DNA of 35,424 bases from assembly GCA_038523235.1 (NCBI GenBank), contig JBCBJQ010000061.1, forward strand, positions 1 through 35,424. The letters run 5' to 3'. The notes under the pieces are model-generated. The model saw only the letters and a list, made by a program, of their open reading frames with translations. It was not told the DNA's origin and did not search any database. Below are positions 19,480 through 27,891 of the stretch, piece after piece. This stretch comes from Cyanobacteria bacterium J06626_4. GTDB taxonomy: Bacteria; Cyanobacteriota; Cyanobacteriia; Phormidesmidales; Phormidesmidaceae. Made by a program: the position numbers and the translations under genes. Positions within the stretch are counted from its first letter, which is position 1. Each line of letters opens with the position of its first letter.

Positions 19480-20065
19480 ACTGTCACCTAAAATCTTTGT
19501 CTCCACACAGCTTTGTGTATGCCGCCATCCTAGGGCGATCGCCGAGGCTGCACCTCTACTGTTAGAGATATTTCTTTCTCTGCTGATCGAGGTGTTTAGG
19601 TTGACAGCAGTTCCAACACGGCACATTTATCGGCGTCAAGATCGGCGATCGTCTGGTCTGTAGATGGCATGAGCAACAGCAGTTGCCCCGCCAGATAGGT
19701 ATCCAGCACTTTCGGATGCACATAATACTGCCGAATCAAAATATTGAAACACCGAATAGCCTGGGAGTTCAGAGCAGCGCTGAATTAACTTTGCCAAGCG
19801 CTTGTCGGCGAGTGCGATGTGATGCTCAATGTCGCTTTTGCCGGTGAACTCAGACTCGACCTGAGGCCCCTCGACCGTGATGTGGCGAGTCCGCAGGATT
19901 TAGAGGCCTAAGCGATAAACCATCGCTCCTCATTACTATCTAGAACTACTAGAAAAAGTCGCGCGATCGATCAGTTGGATTCAGAGTAAACCTTATTCCC
20001 TGCACGGCAGAGATTAATTGATGTACTTACTCTATTGAGTAAATAAGACTTTTGGTTCTGAGCTA

Positions 20066-20081
20066 TGTAACCTTACTTACA
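20066..20081. promoter_or_regulatory. Putative NtcA-binding site
   Basis: TGTA-ACCTTACT-TACA is a perfect TGTA-N8-TACA, about 220 nt upstream of the PEP-CTERM gene. Confidence 0.45.
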
Positions 20082-20303
20082 CAAATTCAACTAACAAGAT
20101 TCAACCTTACGTTTCTTTAACGAGCGGTTTCTACCAAGTTTTTGCAAACCAGGCAAGCTTCACCTGAGGAATTTACTTAAGGAAATATCAAAGAGAGAAC
20201 AATTTGGAGGTTTTTGCTGATCTTTTTTCACCTCTACACAGCAATCATGAAATCCAGGTGCAGGACAGATTTTGCAACTCAGATACTGGAGAAAAAGAGA
20301 GCT

Positions 20304-21221
20304 ATGGGCTTCGTCACTAAAACGTTAACCGTTCTGGCCGGTTGTGTTATAACTTCTGCCTACATGGGGCTAGCACCGGCTCAAGCCGGAGAATTATTCA
20401 ATGGTTGGAACTATACGATCGATTCATTTGATGACGGGGCCGATGGTAATCAACGCGGTGCCGAGAGTGGCTATGAAATTTATGGCATGGCGCTTAAGGA
20501 GACTGCCGATCAGGTTTACATCGCCATTAACTCCAACCTGAATCTAGGCGGTCAATACGCCGAGGGAGCAGAGGACGGATATATTCACTATGGTGATTTG
20601 TTCTTAAACTTTTCTGGCGCAGATTTAGGCGATGCCCAGGGTAGTTTGTTTGCTGTACAGTTCGATGCTGGCAATGACTCAGGAGTCAACCAGGTCGGCG
20701 TTTATGGCAATGTCATCGGCACCAATACCGCTGCAGAAAACAGCGGCTTTGACCAGATGACGGCCCATCGAGATTGGGCGAACGAAGAGTATGAGGCCGA
20801 CGGTGCCACGGTAAAGGGGACGGCTTCGATGGGAGACCTGAGCTACACCGAATATTTTCAGCAGGGCCGGCATGCAGTTTCCAGCTCGATTCAATCAGGT
20901 GACTACTTAGGTAGCATTGCTTTCTTAAATGGACAGCAGTTAGCTGATGCGGGTCTTGATTTTGGTGCCGTCAATTCTGACGTTGCAGGGCGGCAGACGA
21001 TTGGGTTTAACTTTGACCGCAGCCTGTTGCCTGAGGGAAACTATATTGCCCACGTGTTTACTGAATGCATCAACGATGGTTTGGCAATGTTGGGGCAACT
21101 CCCAACGGTACAAGTTCCCGATATCAACGATGAAGTGAAAGTACCAGAACCCAGTTTGCTGATGGGAATCGTACTGATCGGTGGACTCGGGTTAGCAAAG
21201 CGTCGTATGACGACTGTTTAG
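20304..21221 (+). CDS. PEP-CTERM exosortase-dependent surface protein (XDD3-like)
   Basis: Signal peptide ending AQA; GWNYTIDSFDDG, YEIYGMA, HVFTECINDG; C-terminal VPEPS, TM helix and KRR. Confidence 0.88.
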   Translation: MGFVTKTLTVLAGCVITSAYMGLAPAQAGELFNGWNYTIDSFDDGADGNQRGAESGYEIYGMALKETADQVYIAINSNLNLGGQYAEGAEDGYIHYGDLFLNFSGADLGDAQGSLFAVQFDAGNDSGVNQVGVYGNVIGTNTAAENSGFDQMTAHRDWANEEYEADGATVKGTASMGDLSYTEYFQQGRHAVSSSIQSGDYLGSIAFLNGQQLADAGLDFGAVNSDVAGRQTIGFNFDRSLLPEGNYIAHVFTECINDGLAMLGQLPTVQVPDINDEVKVPEPSLLMGIVLIGGLGLAKRRMTTV

Positions 21222-21310
21222 AGAAAAGCTTTGGGGAGCAGCAACGACGATAAGTTAGGCAGGCACGATTACCTTGCGGACGAGTTTTCTTCTGCCGGAG
21301 ACGCTTCGCG

Positions 21311-21402
21311 TTGGTCTTGCCTGCCCGTAGGGATTTCGACTCCGCTCAACCCTCAAAATCCTACCCAGCATACGCTCTAGCTGATTGAGCGAAGTCAAAA
21401 TC
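21311..21402. repeat. REP/SDR-like palindromic element, copy B
   Basis: TTGGTCTTGCCTGCCCGTAGGG plus GATTTCGACTCCGCTCAA...TTGAGCGAAGTCAAAATC (18-bp arms, two mismatches). Confidence 0.75.
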
Positions 21403-21672
21403 AGCGACCGATTTTAACGTTGACTTAGACCCAGCTATCGGTAGCGATCGCCCGTCTAATTGCACAGACAAACTGTGAACTAGAGGCTGTCATTATTTAG
21501 CGGCTGAGCCTTTATGCCGAAAACGGTTCAGCCGCTAGCAAGTTTTATGGAGCGGGCGCGGTAATTTCCATCCCGCCAGGCTTGCGAGCTTAATTAATGA
21601 CGCGCCCTAAATCGCCTCTACAGCAGAAAATTTTGCGCCCTTGCTCCCTTGCCTCCCTATCGGCTCCCCACC

Positions 21673-22299
21673 CTAATCACTGATCTCATCCACCTGCACC
21701 GAGCCTTGCCGCAATACATGCCACCCTGACTCATCCCAGGCAATGACCGTAGATGGTACACCCGAAGCCTGCATCGAAAATTCTCCCAGCGTCGCTTTTA
21801 GATCCGCGATCGCTGCTGCCGACAAAACCAGTAATTCGGGAAATTGCGTGGCGATCGCCGTCATCTCCTCTAGGGCCGGCTGGCCAGAACGGTTGACGCT
21901 GGTGGTGGCGAGGGGACCCGTTTGAGCCAGCAGGTGACGGGCCAACGGGTGCGCTGGCACCCGAATGCCGACAGTCCCGGTTTGGAGCGGATTCATCGCC
22001 ATCGGTACCTGCTCGCTGGCGGGCAGCACCAGGGTGAGGGCACCGGGCCAATGGCGAGCGGCCATCCTCTGCCAGGTTTTTACTACGACGTCATCGCCGT
22101 GGATGTAGGGCTGTAGGTCATCCCAACTGGCTCCCATGAGAATCAGCGGTTTATCCGCCGCTCGGGCTTTGACGGCATAGATGCGATCGCCCTGGTCAGG
22201 ACGGGCGGCCAAAGCCGGTACCGTATCGGTGGGAAAGCTGGCAAGAGCCGTACCTGTTCTGACCTGCTCCACCAAATCGGACAGAGAAACTGAAGGCAT
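21673..22299 (-). CDS. tsaC: L-threonylcarbamoyladenylate synthase (Sua5/YrdC/TsaC)
   Basis: SFPTDTVPALAA, IYAVKAR..DKPLIL, WPGALTLVL, GIRVP, LATTSVNRSG, PSTVI, LRQG. Confidence 0.93.
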   Translation of the reverse strand: MPSVSLSDLVEQVRTGTALASFPTDTVPALAARPDQGDRIYAVKARAADKPLILMGASWDDLQPYIHGDDVVVKTWQRMAARHWPGALTLVLPASEQVPMAMNPLQTGTVGIRVPAHPLARHLLAQTGPLATTSVNRSGQPALEEMTAIATQFPELLVLSAAAIADLKATLGEFSMQASGVPSTVIAWDESGWHVLRQGSVQVDEISD

Positions 22300-22420
22300 A
22301 GACGAATCAGAACCTGACAAAATGGACAGAATATTAGTCTAGAAGGCCAGCTGCTCGTTTTTGCCACGGGGGCGATCGCCAGCCCTATCTTTAAAAGATC
22401 AGTGTTCAGGAGGCAGAGCC

Positions 22421-23638
22421 ACGTTACCGTCAGATTTGCTCATTCAACGCTATCAGGGCGAAGCGATTCAGCCCAAGCGGTTGAGTCTCAAAGCACCCAT
22501 TTTGGCGATCGCCCAGACGCTGATCGAACTGTTTCAAGCGCATCAGGGCCAGTCGCAGGGGCAACTCAACCAACAGCTGCAGGTACTAGAGGGCGAAGAC
22601 ACCGACTATCGGGTCAAGCGAGGACTGGCTCACATTTTGCGATCGAGTTTTAGCACCTTTGAGCCGGTGAGCCCGCTTGAGCCGCCCCTGCTGCGTTCCC
22701 GCGCCTTTGCCCTGGCGAGCCGTACCGTGCCCAGCGCCGACACGACTCAGCAACATTTGCAAACTCTTGCCAACCAGCTGAGCCAAGAGCTAGATCGGGC
22801 CGTCAATCCTCCCGAAATTCGCCAGGGGCTCTATGCCGACCTAAAGGAAAACCACATTCTCACGGCGTTTGAGGCGCCTACCGCCGAAGCGCTGGTACAT
22901 CGCTACAATCTGTCGCAGGTGCAGGGCATCTTTTATAAGGCCACACAAGTCAAGCTGCAGGCCTATCGCAACGACCCCGGCGAGTACAAGCTGCTGTTTC
23001 GCTATCTGAAGCTGTTTCGGCTGATGGCCTATATCGAAGGCGACGCCGATCAGGGCTTCACCATTGAGATTGACGGGCCGACCAGTTTGTTTAAACCCAG
23101 CACCCGCTACGGGCTCGATATGGCCAAGCTGATTCCGGCCATTTTGCACGTAACCCGCTGGCAGTTAACCGCCACTTTGGTGATGCGCGATCGCTACACG
23201 CAGCAGCTCAAAGAACGGCAGTTCACCCTTGATGCTGATTGCCAGTTGGTGTCTCACTATCCGCCCGGCAAACCCTACGACAGCATGTTAGAAGAATCGT
23301 TTGCCAACCGTTGGCCCCAGGCCAAAACGCCCTGGCGGCTCGAACGAGAAGTCGACCTGGTGCCGATTCCGGGCAGCGTGATGATTCCTGACTTTCGGCT
23401 GGTTCATCCTGATGGCCGCACCTATCTGCTGGAAATTGTGGGGTATTGGCGGCCCGAATATCTCCGCAAGAAGTTTGCTCAAGTGCGCCGAGCCGAATCC
23501 AACAACTTGATTCTGGCCGTCTCTGAGCGTCTAAACTTAGAGAAAGCGGGGGTTAAGGTCGCAGACATACCAGCCAAGGTAGTTTGGTTCAAAAACAAAC
23601 TCAGCCCCAAAATAATCCTGGACTGTCTGGAAGAGTAG
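22421..23638 (+). CDS. DUF790 family protein (Bax1-like predicted PD-(D/E)xK nuclease); apparent ACG start
   Basis: LYADL, RYNLSQVQG, IDGPTSLF..STRYG, YDSMLEESFA, MIPDF, LEIVGYWRPEYL.KK. AGGAGG at 22408-22413 sits 7 nt before ACG-TTA-CCG-TCA-GAT. Confidence 0.88.
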   Translation, partial: TLPSDLLIQRYQGEAIQPKRLSLKAPILAIAQTLIELFQAHQGQSQGQLNQQLQVLEGEDTDYRVKRGLAHILRSSFSTFEPVSPLEPPLLRSRAFALASRTVPSADTTQQHLQTLANQLSQELDRAVNPPEIRQGLYADLKENHILTAFEAPTAEALVHRYNLSQVQGIFYKATQVKLQAYRNDPGEYKLLFRYLKLFRLMAYIEGDADQGFTIEIDGPTSLFKPSTRYGLDMAKLIPAILHVTRWQLTATLVMRDRYTQQLKERQFTLDADCQLVSHYPPGKPYDSMLEESFANRWPQAKTPWRLEREVDLVPIPGSVMIPDFRLVHPDGRTYLLEIVGYWRPEYLRKKFAQVRRAESNNLILAVSERLNLEKAGVKVADIPAKVVWFKNKLSPKIILDCLEE

Positions 23639-23841
23639 AGCTATCTTAGCTAGCTCGCCACCTACCAGATAGAGCCCCCTAGAGCCCATCCTGCATAGCT
23701 CTCAGCGAAACGTAGGGATTTATTTGATATGGGCAAATAGCCCCCTTCTCTAGCCTCGAATGAGTCAAGGAAATTGAGCACCTGATCACCGCTGGCGTCA
23801 ACTCGCAAAAGCCCTTAGGGATTCTGGATGCAGACGAAATA

Positions 23842-24723
23842 ATGAATCAGTGGCTTGACTGGAAAGCCCGTAACGTCGCTCAAATCATAATAGACGGCTT
23901 ATACGGTTGCGTTCTCGCTAGGCTGCCACACAAGACGATAGAGAACCCCAACGTGATCAAGCGATGGAGCGGTTCCTCAACTACCGATGGCGAGCCGCAA
24001 TCAGGTTTGGACACTTTTAATCGCCGGATCGCTTGCGGCAAGGCCCTTCCCTGGACCTTGAACCCTGCACCTTACTACTCTCTGCTATCAATGCAGCTTG
24101 CCCGGAATTGAACGGATCACCAGAATTCCAGAGGGTGGCTAGCGAAATTAGAGAAGCATGGCAGGACAACCCAAAACCTAGAATTCTCACCGAAGAAGAA
24201 ATCGAAGCGGGTTTTACTGATTGTCTCGATCATTGCAGATTTTCCTACAAGGTCATGTTTTTGACTGGCTGTCTCATTAGTGAAGCAAATGGCTTACAGC
24301 TAGATGATATTTCCTTCAATATCATCTAGCTGTAAGCGATAGATCCAAAGAACCCAGAGAGGCTATGAAGTCATCAAAGGGCTAAAGACACAGAAGTTTA
24401 GAAAATTTCCTGCCAACCATGAACTAAGGGTACTTCTCTACACAATCATGGATCGTTACCCATCTTCTCTTGTGGAGGATGAACAATAGCTTTTTGTTCA
24501 TCCAAGGGGTGACGTGGTGGCCTATCAATCAATGAAGTAACACTACAATAAGAATTTTCCAGTAGACACCACCAGGTACAACTGCAGGGATACTTTTATT
24601 ACAGGACAGCTAAAGAAGGGTATTCCAGCCAGTATCATTGCTGCATGAGCAGGAAACTCTACAGCAGTGATTGAGCATCACTGTCGAGACGATTCAGCTT
24701 TTTTAGATGTAATGCCTAAATGA
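23842..24723 (+). pseudogene. Degraded tyrosine recombinase (phage integrase family)
   Basis: Fragments ILTEEEIE, FLTGCLISEA (box I, R to L), KGLKTQKFRKFP, YNCRDTFIT...GIPASIIAA*AGNS.AVIEHHC (Y to C). Stops at 24327, 24487, 24538 and 24646, a frameshift near 24360 and an insertion at about 23989-24086. Confidence 0.85.
23988..24087. mobile_element. MITE-like element, copy 1 (100 bp), inserted in the integrase pseudogene
   Basis: 23990-24050 matches 26090-26150 at 59/61; the final 17 bp match at 15/17; contains three CYTGVAC heptamers. Confidence 0.75.
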
Positions 24724-25022
24724 CTTGAAGGTTGGTCTGTGGAGGTTAGCCTTGAGAATCACGCCAATCATGTTGATTGCATTTCTTGTGAGTGCGCTTG
24801 AGTACGTAGCATTGCGTGACTTCAATGCACCTGTAATACTCTATGCTTGCCACGCTCTAATACTATTTCTGATTCTATATAGTGAAGAAATGAGACGCCA
24901 GCACCAATAGGCCACTAGGTGATCTTCCTAACTCACTTAGGCGGTTCATTCAACCTCCTGTAAAATGCTTGGCATAGCAGCTAACCTCTATTACTTTCTT
25001 GAAATCGCGGGAAGGTATTTTG

Positions 25023-25051
25023 TTGACTTTAGACCAATCTAAAGGTGTCAA
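25023..25051. promoter_or_regulatory. Dyad operator-like site between opposed -35 hexamers
   Basis: TTGACT (+) overlapping CTTTAGA-CCAA-TCTAAAG, with TTGACA on the minus strand (25046-25051). Confidence 0.4.
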
Positions 25052-25645
25052 GTACTCTTGTAAAACGAATGGATGATAGTGAGCAATCACTCGCTTATCT
25101 TCAAGCTTGTTAACAGCATTAAAGTGGCTGAATCGGGAACTGATGCATCCACATCGCTCTCACACTTCACTTTCTCCCGTTCCCATGCTTCAAGGATTTT
25201 CCTGTCGATAGAGAGGCACTCCTGATCAGCTTCAGGAGCTTCTTAGAACGCTACTGAGAACTAATGCTTACTGAGAGTGTAACGATCCACAAGAGGCGCT
25301 TTTAGAGCACGTCAAGAGTGAGTTGCTTATTCACCCGGAATGTTCTTTTGAGGCGATCGCAGATGAGATTTGGGAAGAAGGCTTAATTAGTTACCTATGC
25401 TCAGAGACCTGAACCATCATCAGACAGGATTAACTCTCACCGCTGCGATCGCAAACTTCCGGGTGTACGGTACGGCATTGGTACAATAGATAATTAATAG
25501 CGCTGAGATGGCCTCTGGCACTGGACTGTCTGGAAGGGTGAAGCTATGCTTAGCTAGCTTCAGTGATTGATGGTTCAAGAACGCTTGAATGGTGAAGGTT
25601 AGCCGTAATACACTGAGACCGAGTGCCCGGAGCAGATTCAACAGC

Positions 25646-26017
25646 ATGAGCACAGTTTTGATCGTCGATGACAGTTCAGCTTTGCGTGAGATGGTCGCAG
25701 GATTGTTGATCAATGCTGGCATGACCATTTTGGAGGCGAAAGACGGCGCTGAGGCCCAGAAAAAGATGGAGGCGAGCCCTCCTGATTTGGTCGTGTGCGA
25801 CATTGTAATGCCCGAAATGAATGGGTATGAGCTGACGCGTTGGATCAAAAGCAATCCCAAAACTAAAGACGTGCCGGTGGTGATTTGTTCGTCTAAAGGT
25901 GAGGAATTCGATCGCTATTGGGGGATGAAGCAAGGGGCTGATGCCTACATTGCCAAACCCTTTCGCCCTAATGAAATGGTAGAAACCGTCAAGCAACTGC
26001 TGCGCAGCCAAGGATGA
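25646..26017 (+). CDS. Single-domain CheY-like response regulator (PilH-like)
   Basis: VLIVDDS, DIVMPEMNGYEL, CSSKGEEFDRYWGMKQGADAYIAKPF, characteristic of cyanobacterial pilus/taxis CheY proteins. Confidence 0.9.
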   Translation: MSTVLIVDDSSALREMVAGLLINAGMTILEAKDGAEAQKKMEASPPDLVVCDIVMPEMNGYELTRWIKSNPKTKDVPVVICSSKGEEFDRYWGMKQGADAYIAKPFRPNEMVETVKQLLRSQG

Positions 26018-26087
26018 GGATGCTGCTGCACTTGGCTGACACTCCAGCATAGAACCGTCTTTGGCCAGATCTGGGCATTGCCAAATG

Positions 26088-26173
26088 TAGCGAGCCGCAG
26101 TCAGGTTTGAACACTTTTAATCGCCGGATCGCTTGCGGCAAGGCCCTTCCTTGAACCTTTCTACCCTCTGCTA
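26088..26173. mobile_element. MITE-like element, copy 2 (86 bp), TA at both ends
   Basis: TAGCGAGCCGCAG...CTACCCTCTGCTA; one heptamer (CTTGAAC); between convergent pilH-like and ggt genes. Confidence 0.75.
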
Positions 26174-26176
26174 GAT

Positions 26177-27781
26177 CTAAGCGTGCGGCGCGATCGCGGC
26201 TCCATCACTGCGGGGATCACAGGCCCCTTCATAACCCATGGGGGCATCGCTGCAGCGAATCACGTGGGCATGGCCCATTTTCTCCGTCCAATCTGGGGCG
26301 GCTATGACGGGATGACCGCGTGCTTGCAAGGCACGGCGAATGGCAGGCTCGATACGTCCTTCCAGCGTGAGCCCCGTCTCGGCTTCACCCCAAGTGCGCC
26401 CCCACAGCCAGCGCGGCGCGTTGATAGCAGCTTGAGGCTCAAAGTCAAAATCGAGTAGGCGGGTTAACAGTGCCAACTGAGTTTGGGGCTGGCCTTCGCC
26501 GCCCATGGTGCCTAACACAAGATAGGGTTGCCCGTTAGGGTGCAACACCAGCCCCGGCATCAGCGTATGAAAGGTACGCTTGCGGGGCGCTAAACAGTTT
26601 ACCTGGGCAGCATCGAGGGTAAAGAAACAGCCCCGATTTTGCAGCACAAAACCGGTACCAGGAACCACAACAGCAGCCCCAAAGTCAAAATAAACGCTCT
26701 GAATTACGGAAACGGCATTTCCCGCCGCATCGGTGACCGCCGTGTAAACCGTGTCGCCTCCTCCGGGTGGAGCGATCGCCAAACTGGCTTTCTCCCTCTG
26801 CATTAGTTCGCGCCGCTGATCGCTGTAGGGCTTGGAAATCAGCTGCTGAATGGGAATATCGGCAAATTCAGGATCGGTGAGCCAGCGATCGCGATCGGCA
26901 AAGGCCAGCTTCGTCGCTTCGATCATCAGATGGTAATAGTCAGCACTGTCAGCGCCGAACTGGTTTAGGTCAAACGACTCAATCAGATTGAGCATCGACA
27001 ACACCGTAAACCCCTGAGAATTGGGTGGCATCTGCATGACTCGATAGTCGCGATAGGTGGTTTCTAGCGGCTCCACCCAGTCAGATCGATGGGCGGTCAA
27101 GTCATCCATCGTCAATAACCCACCGACTGAGGCCAGATAATCGGTGATGTTTGCGGCGATCGCCCCCCGATAAAACACCTCAGCACCATCAACAGCCAGT
27201 TGGTGGAGGGTGTGAGCCAGATCAGGATTCGTGATTGATGCACCGGCTGGGGGGACGCGGCCCTGCGGCAAAAACGGACTGGCAGGCGCATGTTGTTGTA
27301 AATAGTCGCGATCGCGCCGCGTCCAATGAGCCTGCGACCCCGTCACCGGATAGCCCGACTCAGCCAGCGCGATCGCGGGCTGCAAGAGCGCGGCCCAATC
27401 CAATTGGCCAAATCGCTGATGGGCTTGCGCCCACGAGTCCACCGCCCCCGGCACTGTCAGCGCCGCTAGTGGCCCCCGCTGAGGAATTGCCGTTAGTCCC
27501 TGGCGGGTATAGAAGTCAATCGTGGCAGCTTGCGCTGATCGACCAGAGCCATTGAGTCCCTGGACTGCTCTGGTCTGGGTATTGTAGATGAGCCAAAAGG
27601 CATCGCCCCCCAGCCCAGTCATGTGGGGGTAGACCACGCTCAGGGCAGCCTGCGTCGCGATCGCAGCATCTACCGCATGCCCACCCTCACTCAAAATCTG
27701 TGCCCCAGCTGCCGAGGCTAAGGCATGGGGACACACCACCATACCGTGGGGCGATCGCACGGCCTCAGTCACCTGCTGCAT
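26177..27781 (-). CDS. ggt: Gamma-glutamyltransferase family Ntn hydrolase (possibly HpxW/oxamate amidohydrolase-like)
   Basis: GGHAVDAAIA, PHMTGLGGDAF, TVPGAV, PPNSQG, GDTVY (autoproteolytic Thr), LQNRG, FHTLMP, MGGEGQPQ, DPRSDG. Confidence 0.92.
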   Translation of the reverse strand: MQQVTEAVRSPHGMVVCPHALASAAGAQILSEGGHAVDAAIATQAALSVVYPHMTGLGGDAFWLIYNTQTRAVQGLNGSGRSAQAATIDFYTRQGLTAIPQRGPLAALTVPGAVDSWAQAHQRFGQLDWAALLQPAIALAESGYPVTGSQAHWTRRDRDYLQQHAPASPFLPQGRVPPAGASITNPDLAHTLHQLAVDGAEVFYRGAIAANITDYLASVGGLLTMDDLTAHRSDWVEPLETTYRDYRVMQMPPNSQGFTVLSMLNLIESFDLNQFGADSADYYHLMIEATKLAFADRDRWLTDPEFADIPIQQLISKPYSDQRRELMQREKASLAIAPPGGGDTVYTAVTDAAGNAVSVIQSVYFDFGAAVVVPGTGFVLQNRGCFFTLDAAQVNCLAPRKRTFHTLMPGLVLHPNGQPYLVLGTMGGEGQPQTQLALLTRLLDFDFEPQAAINAPRWLWGRTWGEAETGLTLEGRIEPAIRRALQARGHPVIAAPDWTEKMGHAHVIRCSDAPMGYEGACDPRSDGAAIAPHA

Positions 27782-27812
27782 GTCATCACCTGCTGCATGT
27801 CATCACCTGCTG
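27769..27812. repeat. 17-bp tandem repeat (2.6 copies) across the ggt start
   Basis: TCACCTGCTGCATGTCA at 27769 and 27786, partial at 27803. Confidence 0.9.
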
Positions 27813-27830
27813 ATTTCCGCTCCCTTCACA

Positions 27831-27865
27831 CAAAACGAGGCGCGATGATGCATCGCGCCTCGTTT
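27831..27865 (-). terminator. Rho-independent terminator of the SphR-like gene
   Basis: AAACGAGGCGCGATG-ATG-CATCGCGCCTCGTTT, 15-bp perfect stem 26 nt after the stop. Confidence 0.75.
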
Positions 27866-27891
27866 CCACCGTCATCAAGTCTTAAAGTTAC

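Noticed and set aside
25420..25860. 146-aa minus-strand ORF and the other antisense shadow ORFs in the track
   Set aside because: They overlap well-supported genes on the opposite strand or in another frame and have no recognisable motifs.
23990..26150. The two repeats as attL/attR of an excisable element
   Set aside because: One copy interrupts the integrase and its removal restores the frame; the enclosed DNA includes a host-type gene. Independent insertions fit better.
27769..27812. CRISPR array
   Set aside because: Units are adjacent with no spacers, and no cas genes are present.
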